Assembly (NCBI GenBank): GCA_010909165.1
Contig: VJWM01000186.1
Coordinates: forward strand, 62,001-126,000
Source of the DNA: Anthoceros angustus
Taxonomy: Eukaryota; Plantae; Anthocerotophyta
DNA length: 64,000 bases
Direction: 5' to 3'
The notes below the pieces were generated by a model. The model did no database searches and had not been told where the DNA came from. It saw nothing but the letters and a program-made list of their open reading frames with translations. This document shows positions 24,614-35,800 of this stretch, piece by piece; position 1 is the first letter of the stretch; each line of letters starts with the position of its first letter. Made by a program: the position numbers and the translations under genes.

Positions 24614-25029
24614 TTTAAATTGTCAATAAAATCAAACACTTAGATATGTAAGGTATGAGAGGACGTAAGGGTTAGCACATATATTATTATATAAACAAGT
24701 CTTGATGCCTATATACGCACGTATACGTATACAAAGAGGCATGTAAATACACTAATATAATAGAAGTATAACAGATGGATGTGTACATATAAGCATACAC
24801 ATACTTATGTCTTGAAGCCTACAAACATATATATGAGTATATGCAAAGGAGGTAAAAGGAAGGAAGGACAGGAGAGAGAGGTCATTGTAAGCAAGTTGAA
24901 AGAGGAATAGTGGAAGAGTATAAAATGGTGATAGGGAGGTCCTTCTCACATCATGAAGGAGGAGGAGAAGTGAAAGAGTATAAAAGGGTGTGATAAGGGG
25001 GCAATAAATAGGAGGGTGAGGTGAGAGGA

Positions 25030-25440
25030 GAGAGACCAAGTATTGTGTTAAGATGGGGTGAGAAGGTGGATAAGAAAAGGACACCTTGAACACCAAGCCA
25101 CCATAAAGTGTTGCAATATTGAAGTGGTACATGAAGTGAGAGACCAAGCATTGTGTTAGGATGGTGGGAGAAGGAAGAGAAAGAATGGACCAACTTAACA
25201 CCAAGCCATCAAACCATGTTGGAAGTTGGAAGTGGTACATAAAATTGCAACACGTAACAAGTGGGAAATTATTAACAATGCTTGTGAGAGGGGTGTACCG
25301 AAGGGGAGGTGGGAAGAGAGTGCAGTTCGTGTTAAGATGGCTGCACCAAAGCGGGACAGAACTAACAAACTTAATACCAACCCTCCAAAACATGTTGCAA
25401 TGTGGAAGTGTAACAAAAATTGCAACATCCTTTATGTATA
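25030..25440. repeat. Right subterminal region of CACTA copy A: ~107-bp tandem duplication plus TGTTGCAA/TGTAACA motifs; equivalent at ~46410-46820
   Basis: AGAGACCAAG(T/C)ATTGTGTTA..GAAGTGGTACAT occurs twice (from ~25031 and ~25140). aattgcaaca and tgttgcaat motifs occur near the TIR. Confidence 0.8.
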
Positions 25441-25461
25441 GGGTGCCCCTTTCTAGTAGGG

Positions 25462-26999
25462 ATGTCGCCATCCTAAGGGTTTTGGTGGATGGCTCAAAGG
25501 CGTGAACTAACCGTCTTGCGGTGGCCTCGTGATGAGGTTCACTCGACCCGTGTCGAGTGCGTTCTTAATCACGCACCGCAATTTCTACACGAACCAGCGC
25601 CCGGGGTCCGTGAGATACTACCCTTACCTCCACGTTCTTGCCCTTAGGCCAAGGGGTTTCGTGGCTGTGTCTCCCTGATGGCCCTCCGGACTTCCTGCCG
25701 ATACTTCGGGTTGTCTTTTAACAACTGCCTAAGGGACACCAAGTGTTGTTGATCCATCATTAAGTCGGCCACCTTGAAAAGCGTGGGTGGCTCCTTCGCT
25801 GCATCACGCGTCCGCCTTGACCCTTCCAGCGCTCCGCCACCGCCCTGTGGTGGTCGGACCACCTCCGGGTCCTGTCGGATCTCTTCCTGAAGCATCTCCG
25901 CCACTTCTCGGACCACATCCGGTGGGAACTGGGGTGTTGCCTTGGGTGAGTCCGTTTCTCCTAACGTTTCCGGGGGTTTCTGGTTGGCTGCTTCTTCTGG
26001 CAGAGCTGCCCGATTTAACTCGCCTTCCTTTGGCCTCTCCTTGGTGTCCCGTCCTCGTGTCAGCTATCCCCATTTTCTTCCTCTTCAACTGTCTCCTCTC
26101 CTTTCGCTCCTTTCGGCGGCTTCGGGTTGACACTTCCAGTACCTCCAAGTCTGCCTTCTCCTCCTTAGCGAACTCGTACCCTCCGTTCAAGTTCCTTGCG
26201 CCTCTTCCCTCCGCCCGGTATGCGTCTTCAATCTAATTGGCGCGTGCCTTAGGGAGGCGTAGGCGGTCGCGGCTCCCCACCGGGGTGGCGTGGCGCACGT
26301 CCTCGAGCGAGGATTCGGACTGTCTTGCACGCCATGTGCCCGCACCTTACAATCTCCACAGGCGTTCAAAATCCCGTTGCCTTGCAGTGGGGTATGGACA
26401 GCGTTGGAGTAGTGCGGGGTTCCCAGTTCAATGACCACCACAGAATTCTGGAGGGGCTCCCATGCGTCTTGCATCGGAGTCGATGCACGGACCCGGTGCC
26501 GTGGGTACATCGTCTTGGGATACCCGGCCCGGTGGTGCTTCTTGCACTTGGTCGTCCTCCCTTTGCTCCTCGGACTCTTCCCGTAGTCATACTCCACAGT
26601 TCCACAGTGCGAGAGGTTAGCCTTGAATGCCCATGTTGGTGACACACGCACACCATAGATGAGTCCGGACCGTGGTGGCCGCCTTCCGCGTTCTTTATCC
26701 TTCACACGGTTGATCGTCAACTCCTCCACCCTCTTCATTACCCGTTCGGATCTTCCCTCAACCCCTACTTCTTTCAAAGGAGGCTGGGTCGGGACCTCTC
26801 GCGATGCGGGCATCATAACCTCCTTCTTCTCACCCTCCGCTTGACTACGGGCTTTTCTTCTTATTCTTGACGAGTTCTTCTTGGGACTTGCGACACAGGA
26901 GGTAGTAAAAGGAGAAGGGAGAGTCCCGGGAGGCGGAGTATTGCCGGGGTGTTGGCCGGGCATGAGAAGGGTATGTGGAGTGCCAAATCCGATGTCCAC
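25462..26999 (-). mobile_element. Continuation of the host Athila/Tat-like Gypsy (gag C-terminus, zinc knuckle, pre-protease region) to the right of the CACTA insertion
   Basis: Minus-strand pieces: CVCHQHGHSRL (degenerate CCHC knuckle), Lys/Arg-rich linker, KEPPTLFKVADLMMDQQHLVSLRQLLKDNPKYRQEVRR. Shares the ATG TSD with the left flank at 11263. Confidence 0.7.
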
Positions 27000-27124
27000 T
27001 CTGGCGGTGGTTTTGCTTTTTGTTTTGGTCGTTCTTGTTAAGAGGGATAGGGAGGTTAGCCAATAAGGCCCGTTTGGCGGATTGCATAGAGTGCAATCCC
27101 TAGACCTGGGTCCGTTGGGCGCGA

Positions 27125-27365
27125 GGGTCCGGCCAGTGGTGGGTCGAGGTCGGCGGAGTGGTCAGTCGAGGTCGGCGGGTGGTCCGTCGAGGTCGAGCGG
27201 GTGGTCGTCCGGTCCGGAGGTGGTCGGTCGGTCCGGGTGGTCAGGTGGTCGAAGGTGGTGGGTCGGTCGGCGATGGTCGTCCGGTCAGGAGATTGAAGGT
27301 CGGTCCGAGTGGTCGAGGTCAGTGGTCGGGTGGTGGTCAGGAATTGAGTGCGTGGTCAGGCGAGT
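27125..27365. repeat. G-rich degenerate GGTC/GGTCGAGGTC short-repeat tract
   Basis: Dense ggtcgaggtcgg, ggtggtc and ggtccg units; probably retroelement 5' UTR. Confidence 0.7.
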
Positions 27366-27749
27366 GCGTGGTCTGGTTGGCATAGTTTGGAGCGGATCTC
27401 TGTTTGGAAAGGGCGTGGCTGGTGGAAGAAGTCGGTTGCAATGATGAGCTACGTCGGCGGTTACACGACCAGTTAGGGTACATACATAGGCGGGTTAGAT
27501 TAGGTATGTGGGGTATATAGGAAGGCTGGCGTCCAAGGCGAGACTATCCGGGTACCATCTTGGCGCTCGTGTGCTCTTGCCTTGGGTGCTCGAGGAGGCG
27601 GAGTGAGTTCTGCGTCACCGTGCGGGGATTAATTGGTGGTAGAGGATGTGTTTGAGCTCGGTGGCCAGCTCCCAACACGCTTGATGGAGTGCGGACGGGG
27701 TCGGACTGAGCTCGGGAGGTGCTGGTGATTTCTCGGGTGCGAGACTAAC

Positions 27750-27980
27750 CTTGGAGGCTCTGGAGCGGAGGTGTGGGGTTGCAGTGCGAAGCCACTCTCC
27801 CAGCGGTAGGAGGATTAGGGGCTTGGGGTGACTTCTGGGCGGAAGCCATCCTTGGAGGCTGGAGCGAGGCTGGGGATGCGGAGTGAAGCCACTTCTCCTG
27901 AGCGTGTGAAGCGGAGGGATAAGGGCGCTTGGGGTGACTGCTGGGCGGAAGCCATCCTTGGAGGCTGCTGGAGCGGAGGG
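27750..27980. repeat. About 2.2 tandem copies of a ~105-bp unit (CTTGGAGGCT..GAAGCCACT..GCTTGGGGTGACT.CTGGGCGGAAGCCATC)
   Basis: Unit starts at ~27750, ~27850 and ~27957. Confidence 0.8.
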
Positions 27981-28416
27981 CACATGGGTTGCACAAAGCT
28001 ACTTCTCCGTGGGGCGTAAGCAGGGGGCAAAGCGATGGTGTGAATACATCAGGCGTGTTGGTGTTGTGACTACTAGGAATGGATAAGGGAGGGTCGCGTT
28101 CAGGCGTGTGTGTTGAGGTGGAGTTGTGGCGGACGAGGTTGAGGTGGAGCGCTGGAGTCTGTGGAGCGGAGGCGTCGTTAAACTGTTCCGGTGTCTTGGA
28201 GAAAGGCGAGGGTTTGTGGGAAGTCGGTGGTGCGTGTGGTCCAGAAGCGAGTTGTGGAGGGCACACACTTAGGGTTGTGGGCCGGGACTCTGATGAAGTC
28301 CGTTCGTCGGTGGGTTGTAGAGCTCGAGGCGGGGAACAAGCCGCAGTGCATTCCCACATGGAACGGACCCCTTACTACAAGCGACACGGGATTGTGCTTG
28401 GCACATTTGGCCAGTC

Positions 28417-31400
28417 GCGCCACACACCGCTTATGGAGATCCGTGTCCGTGATGACCCATGACTAAGTCGGCGGAAACAATCGGGGAACCAAAGCAATGT
28501 TACAGGGGCGATGCACGCAGTCAGACGGCTCGGGATGTGACAAGAACCTCGCGCCTCACGGACATGAGCAGGAATTTGCGCCAGAGGAGCCACCGCGTCT
28601 TCAATCCCAACTCGGTAGGCGTGAGAAAGCACGGTTGGCGGCCCATGCATACGCAATGTTGCGGCATGCGGCACTGCGCTAAGCGGCGATGGAAACTGCG
28701 GGCGTTATGTCAAGCGTGGTAGCCGACTCTTCCGACGGGGCCCCGAGATTGGGCGTGTAGTGGTGACACTGGAAAGGGAGGATGTCTTGTGGCTGCTAGC
28801 TGGTGGTGGTCGGCACCAGGTCGGGATGGTTGACACAGCGTGTCGATCATTGCATTTGGGGATCGTGTTTTGATTTAAAGTTGATTACACACAATCCAAA
28901 GTTCGACAACGGCCTTGATCGTCCTAAGCTTGCAAGCAAATGCAGAACAAAAGCGTTCGGGAGGGCGCCTTCCCCTTGGTGTAAACAACCTCCTTCATGT
29001 CCACGTCTGGCAAGGAATAGTGTTGAGCTCATTGTCTCAAAGTCTCTGCGGCTCCCATGTTGCGTCGCCATTCTGTGAAAGAACCGAACCCGGTGCCGCA
29101 GTGCGTTCCATCTTTGTCTCGTCAACGCATCCCAATTCCATTCCTGTGAAGTGTAGCTTGACCACTGGCCGGACGTGAAGCCCCACACCGGCTTGTTCTA
29201 TCGAAGCAGGCGACTCAATTTCAACCTCCTCCTTGGATCGTGGCCTCTGCGAATTGTAGCTCGAATCACGCCTCTTCTTCCCATGGAGGAAATGTGGCTT
29301 GGCTGCGGCACTCCGTCGGCGCCCGGATCTGCGTCGCCAGCGCGATTGCTCCTCCACTTTCCTCTTGCCTTCGCATCACCCGGATGGTCCCTCACGGGGG
29401 TGGCGTACATCGCCTTACCCTTCTCTCTCAATCTCCCTCTCGCCTTCAACTTCCGAGGCTTGCAGGCGCAATCCTTGCCAATTCTCTCGAGGTATGCAAT
29501 GGAATCTAGAGAATGCCTTGTGCATCTAGGAGGGAGGAGAGCTATAGCACCAATCACCATACTTTGTTTATTACGCGTGACTCGGAAGGGCGCAAGCGGT
29601 GACTTGTCATGTCGGTCAAGCGGTATGAACGGGCAAACCATACCCATCCATTCCGCCATGCGGATGTGAGTCATCGAGTTTTATTGGGTGACATGAGAAG
29701 TACACGTAGTGATCAAAGAAGAAGGACTTTCCCATCCCAGTTTAATTACGGTAATCATATACATTGTGAGGTATAAACCGTCCCTAGTCACACGACGGCC
29801 GTGATCCGAGGCAGCAGAGCCAAGGGCGGCACTCCATACCCCTTGATGGCCGACAAGAGGAGAGCAACCTCCGTCCATCATCCTTGATGGCCATCGTCAT
29901 TGACAGGCAGCCCTCGTCCTTGATGGGCATCGTCGGTTTCGGCACCGAGCAACAACGATGTGCAAACACTTCGCAATGATCCACAAAGTGAGGGAGGCGG
30001 AATGTTGCGGGTTAAATCAAATGCGGATTCCACAACTTCACACTGAGCATGAACTTGCGGGTTGGAGAAAAGGGCCAAACAAAAGTGTTCACATGCGGCG
30101 CCTCACGAGCACCCAATCCATACCGTGTGCAATCACACCATGCACTAGAAGGGACCACCTCGCTAGAGAAGGAACCACCTCACCGAACGGCAAGACGCCG
30201 TGAGGGATAGCAAGAGACAGCTCACGCCGTGAAGGGCGGGGACACGCGCCCCAACATTCCCATATGATCCTTGATGGTATTTCCGTTCAGATGGAGACAT
30301 GCACACACGCCTCGTCTTTGCGAGCTACCGATGGATACCCACGGTGGTTTCGCGAAGCTCGTTGCGGCATACTTGCACATGTCCGTCATAGACGGTAGAG
30401 GTAAAGCGACAGCGTTGGAAGACAAGCTCGCCCTCGGATGCGAAGATGACCAAAACAAAGGTAGTAGCGTGAAGCGAGGGCAAGGTGGTGACATTTAAAG
30501 CGGAACACGGCGACGCGCCTCTTGTCCTCCAGGCCACATCGGGTTGCGGATGAGAGGATCTTGAATTTCAGCGTTCCTTACATGTGAGAAAGGAGACATG
30601 GCATGGCGTACCGCATCGAGCGATGACGGTTGGCGGTAAATTCATGGGCGGTGGCGCGCGGGGCAAACAGCTGAACACGAAGGTAGATGTCATGTCTCCC
30701 AAGGTCCGGATATCCTTTGCGGCAGTGCGGCCGAGTGACGCGTCGAGCCGTCACATTGGCGTCTGCCGGAAGGTGTGAATACATGACACGTTACGCCATG
30801 TGCGTTTGATTGGTGGGACTGGCAGGAGTCTCGAGCGATGCACATCATTATATGGAGAACGCGAATTGGCATATATGGCAAATTCACATACGGTCCTTCA
30901 TTCATGGCATAATGAATGGGGGCATTTAGTTTGCTTGAATGGCTCTCACGTGCCACCTACCGTCCTTGCACAATGGTGTAGAAGAAGCGGAACCGAGAAC
31001 AGGCGTCGTCAATGCACACGACCCGGACATGGCATGTTTTCTACCATGCCCGGCTTTTCAAATATTAAAATGGCTTCACCACACCTTTCTTGGACAACGG
31101 TGGAGAAGACAAGTTTATGCGAGAGATAGGGAGCCATTGTCTTTGGTTCATGGCGTTGTCAAGGCCATGACATTGTCATGGCCTTCAACATAGAACCATA
31201 CATGGCATGGAGGAATGGCATGGACGGAAGGGTGCATCAAGTATCACGGTGAAGGCGCCATGGCAAGCCAAGGTTGCGGTGGCATGGCACGCCACGAAGT
31301 CTCCTCCTCTCTCCTCTTCCTCCCCCCACGCACGCGCCGCCCCGCAGCACCACCACTCCCACACCATGGCCCGTCATACCCCATCACCACGGCTCCACGG

Positions 31401-32419
31401 AATGTGGTCGCGACATCGCCGCATCGCTGGCTGGATCGGTAGGCAATGTGGTATGCGAGAACGGGCAAAGCATAAAAATAGCAAATTAACACATGCATGG
31501 TCCGTGGAGCATGGCGGGTTCTAATGGTCTTGCCCTTGAAATGGCATGCTACATGGGCATTAGGAAATGGCATTGACACTTGTCCTTGGGTCAATAGATG
31601 ATTAAATGCAAAATTGTCTTATTGGAGGAAGGGCTCGTCTACAGAATCATTGTCCTTGTGTCGTAATCCACAAAGGGCAAATTACATGCTCTCCAAATGG
31701 TCATCCGTAATGGCCAAAATTGACATGAGGCGAGACATGGTCATGAGGAACATTTGTCCTTGGGTCACGTGATCATGCATGATGGGAATGTATTGTCCTT
31801 GGACCACATAGCGGTAATGAACAATGGCAAATTGTTCGATCGAAAATGATCTTCCATAATGGAAACATTTGTCCTTGGCTTTAAATGGTCATCCGAATGG
31901 CCAAAATTGACTGAGGCCAAGGCATGGTCATGACAAATGAGGAACATTTGTCCTTGGGTCACGAAATGACCATACATAACGGAATGTTTTGTCCTTGGAC
32001 CACGAAATGCGCATGAGCAAAGGGAAATTATTTTCCTTCGATGCGATATGGTAATCCATAATGGGCTAAATTTGTCCTTGGATGAAAATATAAACAGGAT
32101 GCCTATATATGCCAAACATGCATGGATGCCATATGTGCACAATGGTGTGGTGGACAATCGCCGAAGTTGCGCGGTGTTTTAGGCATGTGAATGCCACATG
32201 TACACATATAGGTGGTGGGCGCAAACTCGAGTTTGTGCCGGATCGGCATGCATGGCACATGAGCCGGTGGCATGCCCTAGGACTTCTTCGCCTCCCCTCC
32301 TCCTTGCCCCTCTTCCCCATCACCACAGGTTACCTCACCGCCCTTGTCGCCATCACTTGAGTTCCTGTTCACTTTGTCGTTATCGGTTGTGCATGCGGTG
32401 ACTCGGTTGGCCTTCCTCG
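28417..32419. mobile_element. Partial internal copy (copy C) of the CACTA element, corresponding to ~18185-22214 of copy A
   Basis: Collinear with copy A from 'gcttatggagat' to 'ggttggccttcctcg'. No TIRs. Confidence 0.92.
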
Positions 32420-32868
32420 TCCGGTGGGTTCCTTGTTTTTCCTTCGTCCTCCGGGTCCGGCGCGGCTTCCACTCGGAAACAACTGATTACCTCGCTCCGA
32501 AGGTGTCCCTCCGGTAGTCCATCTCCTCTTCGGACCACGAGATTTTTGGAAAGGGGTAGTCCTCATTCGTATCTTCGCGCTCATTGTCCCCACTGTCTTC
32601 GGCGGAGGTGTACCCCTCTGTGGTGCTTACGGTTTCACCACAGTATGTGTCCTTGCTCCAGGTGATCGCTACCCGTCCTTCCCTTACCTTCGGATCCCAT
32701 CTGGTTTGAAGTGTATCTCCTTCCTTCCGTGTAGTTTTGTGCAGCGAGTCCCGCCAAAGTGCTCTTAGCCTCGTTCCCAGTCCGCGGGCTTGATGACCAC
32801 GAGTCCAATGTATAGGGTGCTCCCGCTATGGTGGCTGGACTTGGACAACTCCCAGCCGGTGTGACATG
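32414..32868 (-). mobile_element. Duplicate of the left Gypsy flank (10840-11263)
   Basis: tcctcgtccggtgggttccttgttttcc...cttggacaactccc..gtgacATG matches 10840-11263. Confidence 0.92.
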
Positions 32869-35800
32869 CCCTACTAGAAAAGGGCACCCTATATTTACAC
32901 TTTATGTTAAGATTTGGACCCCTGGATGTAACACTCATGTTGCAATTTTGGGGTCATGTAACACTTTTGGGCCCCGTTACACTTTGGCTTGGAAACCATA
33001 CCACGTTGTTGCAATCATGTTGCAATATGTGTTGCAATTATGTTAAGATGAAGAGAGGTGGTTTTGCCTCTCTCAAAATTGCAACATGATTGCAACATCT
33101 AAAGTGTTACAAGAGAGGTCTTGTAACACTTTTGGAGGCTTGGTGCGAACCTCCTCCCCATCCACTATTCCTTTTACTTTTGCCCTTTTGCAATACCACG
33201 TTTTACTTGGTAGTTACCGTCCTTCAATCGACCATATATAAATACACCGAATACATCCTTATACTATACACATGTAGTCTCTGATAAATGTAATATATTA
33301 TTCTAAGTGCTATAAGGCGTATTCAATTTCATATAAAATAAGTTTGTATACTATTATTCCATACGTACCTTTGCATACATATTCATGATACGGTACTATG
33401 TATTTACTATCGTGTAAATAGCGGCTCTTTCTACCCCTACTTTATAGCATGCGTGCGGTTTGTCCTTCCACGTCACCAATAGCCAGGCTTCAATATTTCC
33501 CCACCTATCACCTTATTGTGACGCATCACGTGAGGTTATGCCCCTACAAGATTGTCTTTGTGCGGAGGAGTTTTGGTATGCTCGGCTTATGCTTTTACGC
33601 CTCCATGTAAGGCACTTCCTACTCGTCATCGTATGCACCTCGAAACTTCCGCCCTCCGTTCGATTCCCAATTTTCTTCTTCCCCTCACTTGCGTTGGAGG
33701 CAAGCTTTGCCACTTCTCACTTCCCCTCCACTGGCACACCGTTGCACATACAAACCAACATGGCCATCATGAGTTACCCAACGTTAATGGGTGTACCAAT
33801 CACCAGACCATTTGCCTTACCTTCCTCCGGTCCCTCCTCGTATCTTACGCCTTGGTGGTTTCCTCTTGTCCTTCTTCCTGTCATTGCCCTTGTCACTTGC
33901 CCACTCTCCTCCTCCTCTTTTCCTCTTTTCGCCACCCTTTATCGGTGGCGTTGCCTCAGCGGGCTCCACTATGTAGGTCCATGCTCTCGGCATGAGGCAA
34001 GATATGTGTCAGCACGAAATTAGGCACATCGTCCTCTTGACTGCCTCTTGGATCGTCCACATATCGCGTCCCCCACGTCCCCCCCCCCTCACCATCTGCG
34101 CCTTTGCCCATATCAAAGGCGCACACATGATGCCCTCTTGAACCTCCTTCATTCTCTCTCCCCACGGACATCGCCTCATGCTAGTGGCGCCTTTTGGCCT
34201 GCCAGCATGGACTTTGGGTGATCCTTCCACCGCTCCTCCTACTCCCCTGCGTTTTTGGCTGTCCAACACAAGTGTGTTTCCTCCAGTGACGGATCGTTGC
34301 CCCTCCGTGGTCCACCACCCGACTCCTCCACACTCATTGTTCACGCCATTCAGCGGCGTCGTCAATCCATCCAGTCCCAGCCTCCACCCTCCATAAACAT
34401 GGCGTCACCTTGGTCTCGGGCACTCCTCCACCTCTTCTCCATTTGCTTGCTGCACGTGACCGGCCCTCGTCGCCTGCCTCCATTCACACCATTCCGGGCA
34501 TCGGCTTCCACCAACAGGCGATCGTGGTGTCGCGGGCACCACAATTTCCACCTGTCGTTTCCCCCTCTGCTGCCTCCCTCACCTTGCCCTCATGAGCGTG
34601 GCCCGTCTCCACTTCACGCTCTTGTTTCATCGTCGCCTTTCCCCCCAATACCGTTGTGCCCTCCTCTGTCCTCCTCCTCCCAAGCCCCTTAGTCCGCATT
34701 CCTTCCTAGCCTCTCACGTCCACATCACCACGTGCTGCTGCCTCCCACCCCTTCCTTCCGTCGCCTCGGAAGGCCACCATATCGAGGATCCATCTCCAAT
34801 TCAATGTCATTAAGCAAAATGGTCATTTCCTTGTTCTCCTTGCAATGGCGAATCTACGGTGTCTTGTCATACTCACCTTACCATGTAGGAACTCGCAGAA
34901 CCCCACTATGGACCGCCCACAGGCTGCATGGAAATCGTCCTCTTCAACCTCCCATACTGCCTCTTCTTCCGTTGGAAACCGCCCATGATTCTCAAACCTC
35001 ACCCACCGGCCGCCCTCCCTTTCCCCATGGGTTTGGACCCATCCCGTTTTGGCTAGCCTCTTTTCTTTTTTTACTTGATGGCTCAAACTTCCGTTCCTCT
35101 TCAACTCCATCCGAGCCCATGCAAGTGCATCTTCCCACTCTTCGTCATCCACCATGCTCGGTTTCTTCCCATGTCCTCCCCCCCTACCATTTCCTCTAGC
35201 TGACTTCCACACATCGAGTGCGTGTCCGCGTCATGCGAAGTGTCGGCTTATCTTGGACTTGACCACAGTGGAATGCTTGAGACAGTTTCACTAAGTGCTT
35301 TCTCTTCTTTGAACGTCCGCCATCTTGCGGTACCGAGTTCATTCACAACCCGTCCTCACGGTACCAGATTCGTGCCTTGCTCGGCCAGCTGAGTCCCTCC
35401 TTCATGTGGTTTTGCATGGCCTCCTTGACCATTTCACCCCATGCTTGTTTATCAAGGCTTTAACGATTGCATCGTTGTCCACCGCACTCACGCGCCATCA
35501 GACCTAGTCATCACATGAGTTAGAACACCACCCCTTGCGAAATTGATTGCGCCATTCGAGATCAAGTGCTGCGTGTCGGTCCGGCCTCTGCCCGGCTTGT
35601 GCCTTCCGATTCCACTTTCCCTTCACGCTGCCACGCCCGGCCCTCGAAGGTTGCCTCCCTTGTCCCCATGCTTAAACACCGCCGGCATGCGGTGCTCTGT
35701 GTTACCGTTTGTCCACCATGCCCTCTCACTGACGCACACTTTGAGCGTGTGCACACACTTGCATCACTTGCGGCAAAGTGTGCACTTTGCGACATCACCT

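Larger units (their letters stand above)
11264..25461. mobile_element. Full-length CMC/EnSpm (CACTA-type) DNA transposon, copy A, 14,198 bp
   Basis: Left TIR CCCTACTAGAAAAGGGCACCCTAT at 11264; right TIR ATAGGGTGCCCCTTTCTAGTAGGG ending at 25461 (1 mismatch). 3-bp TSD ATG at 11261-11263 and 25462-25464. Subterminal TGTTRCA-type repeats at both ends and TnpD/TnpA coding remnants inside. Confidence 0.95.

Noticed and set aside
24752-25471. 239-aa minus-strand ORF (also 46125-46637)
   Set aside because: Lies in the purine-rich subterminal region of the CACTA element, is low complexity, and its frame is not conserved between copies.
27540-27562. Possible PBS (minus-strand TGGTACCCGGATAG) and 5' LTR for the host Gypsy
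   Set aside because: I could not match it to a tRNA 3' end I know, and no partner LTR is in the window.
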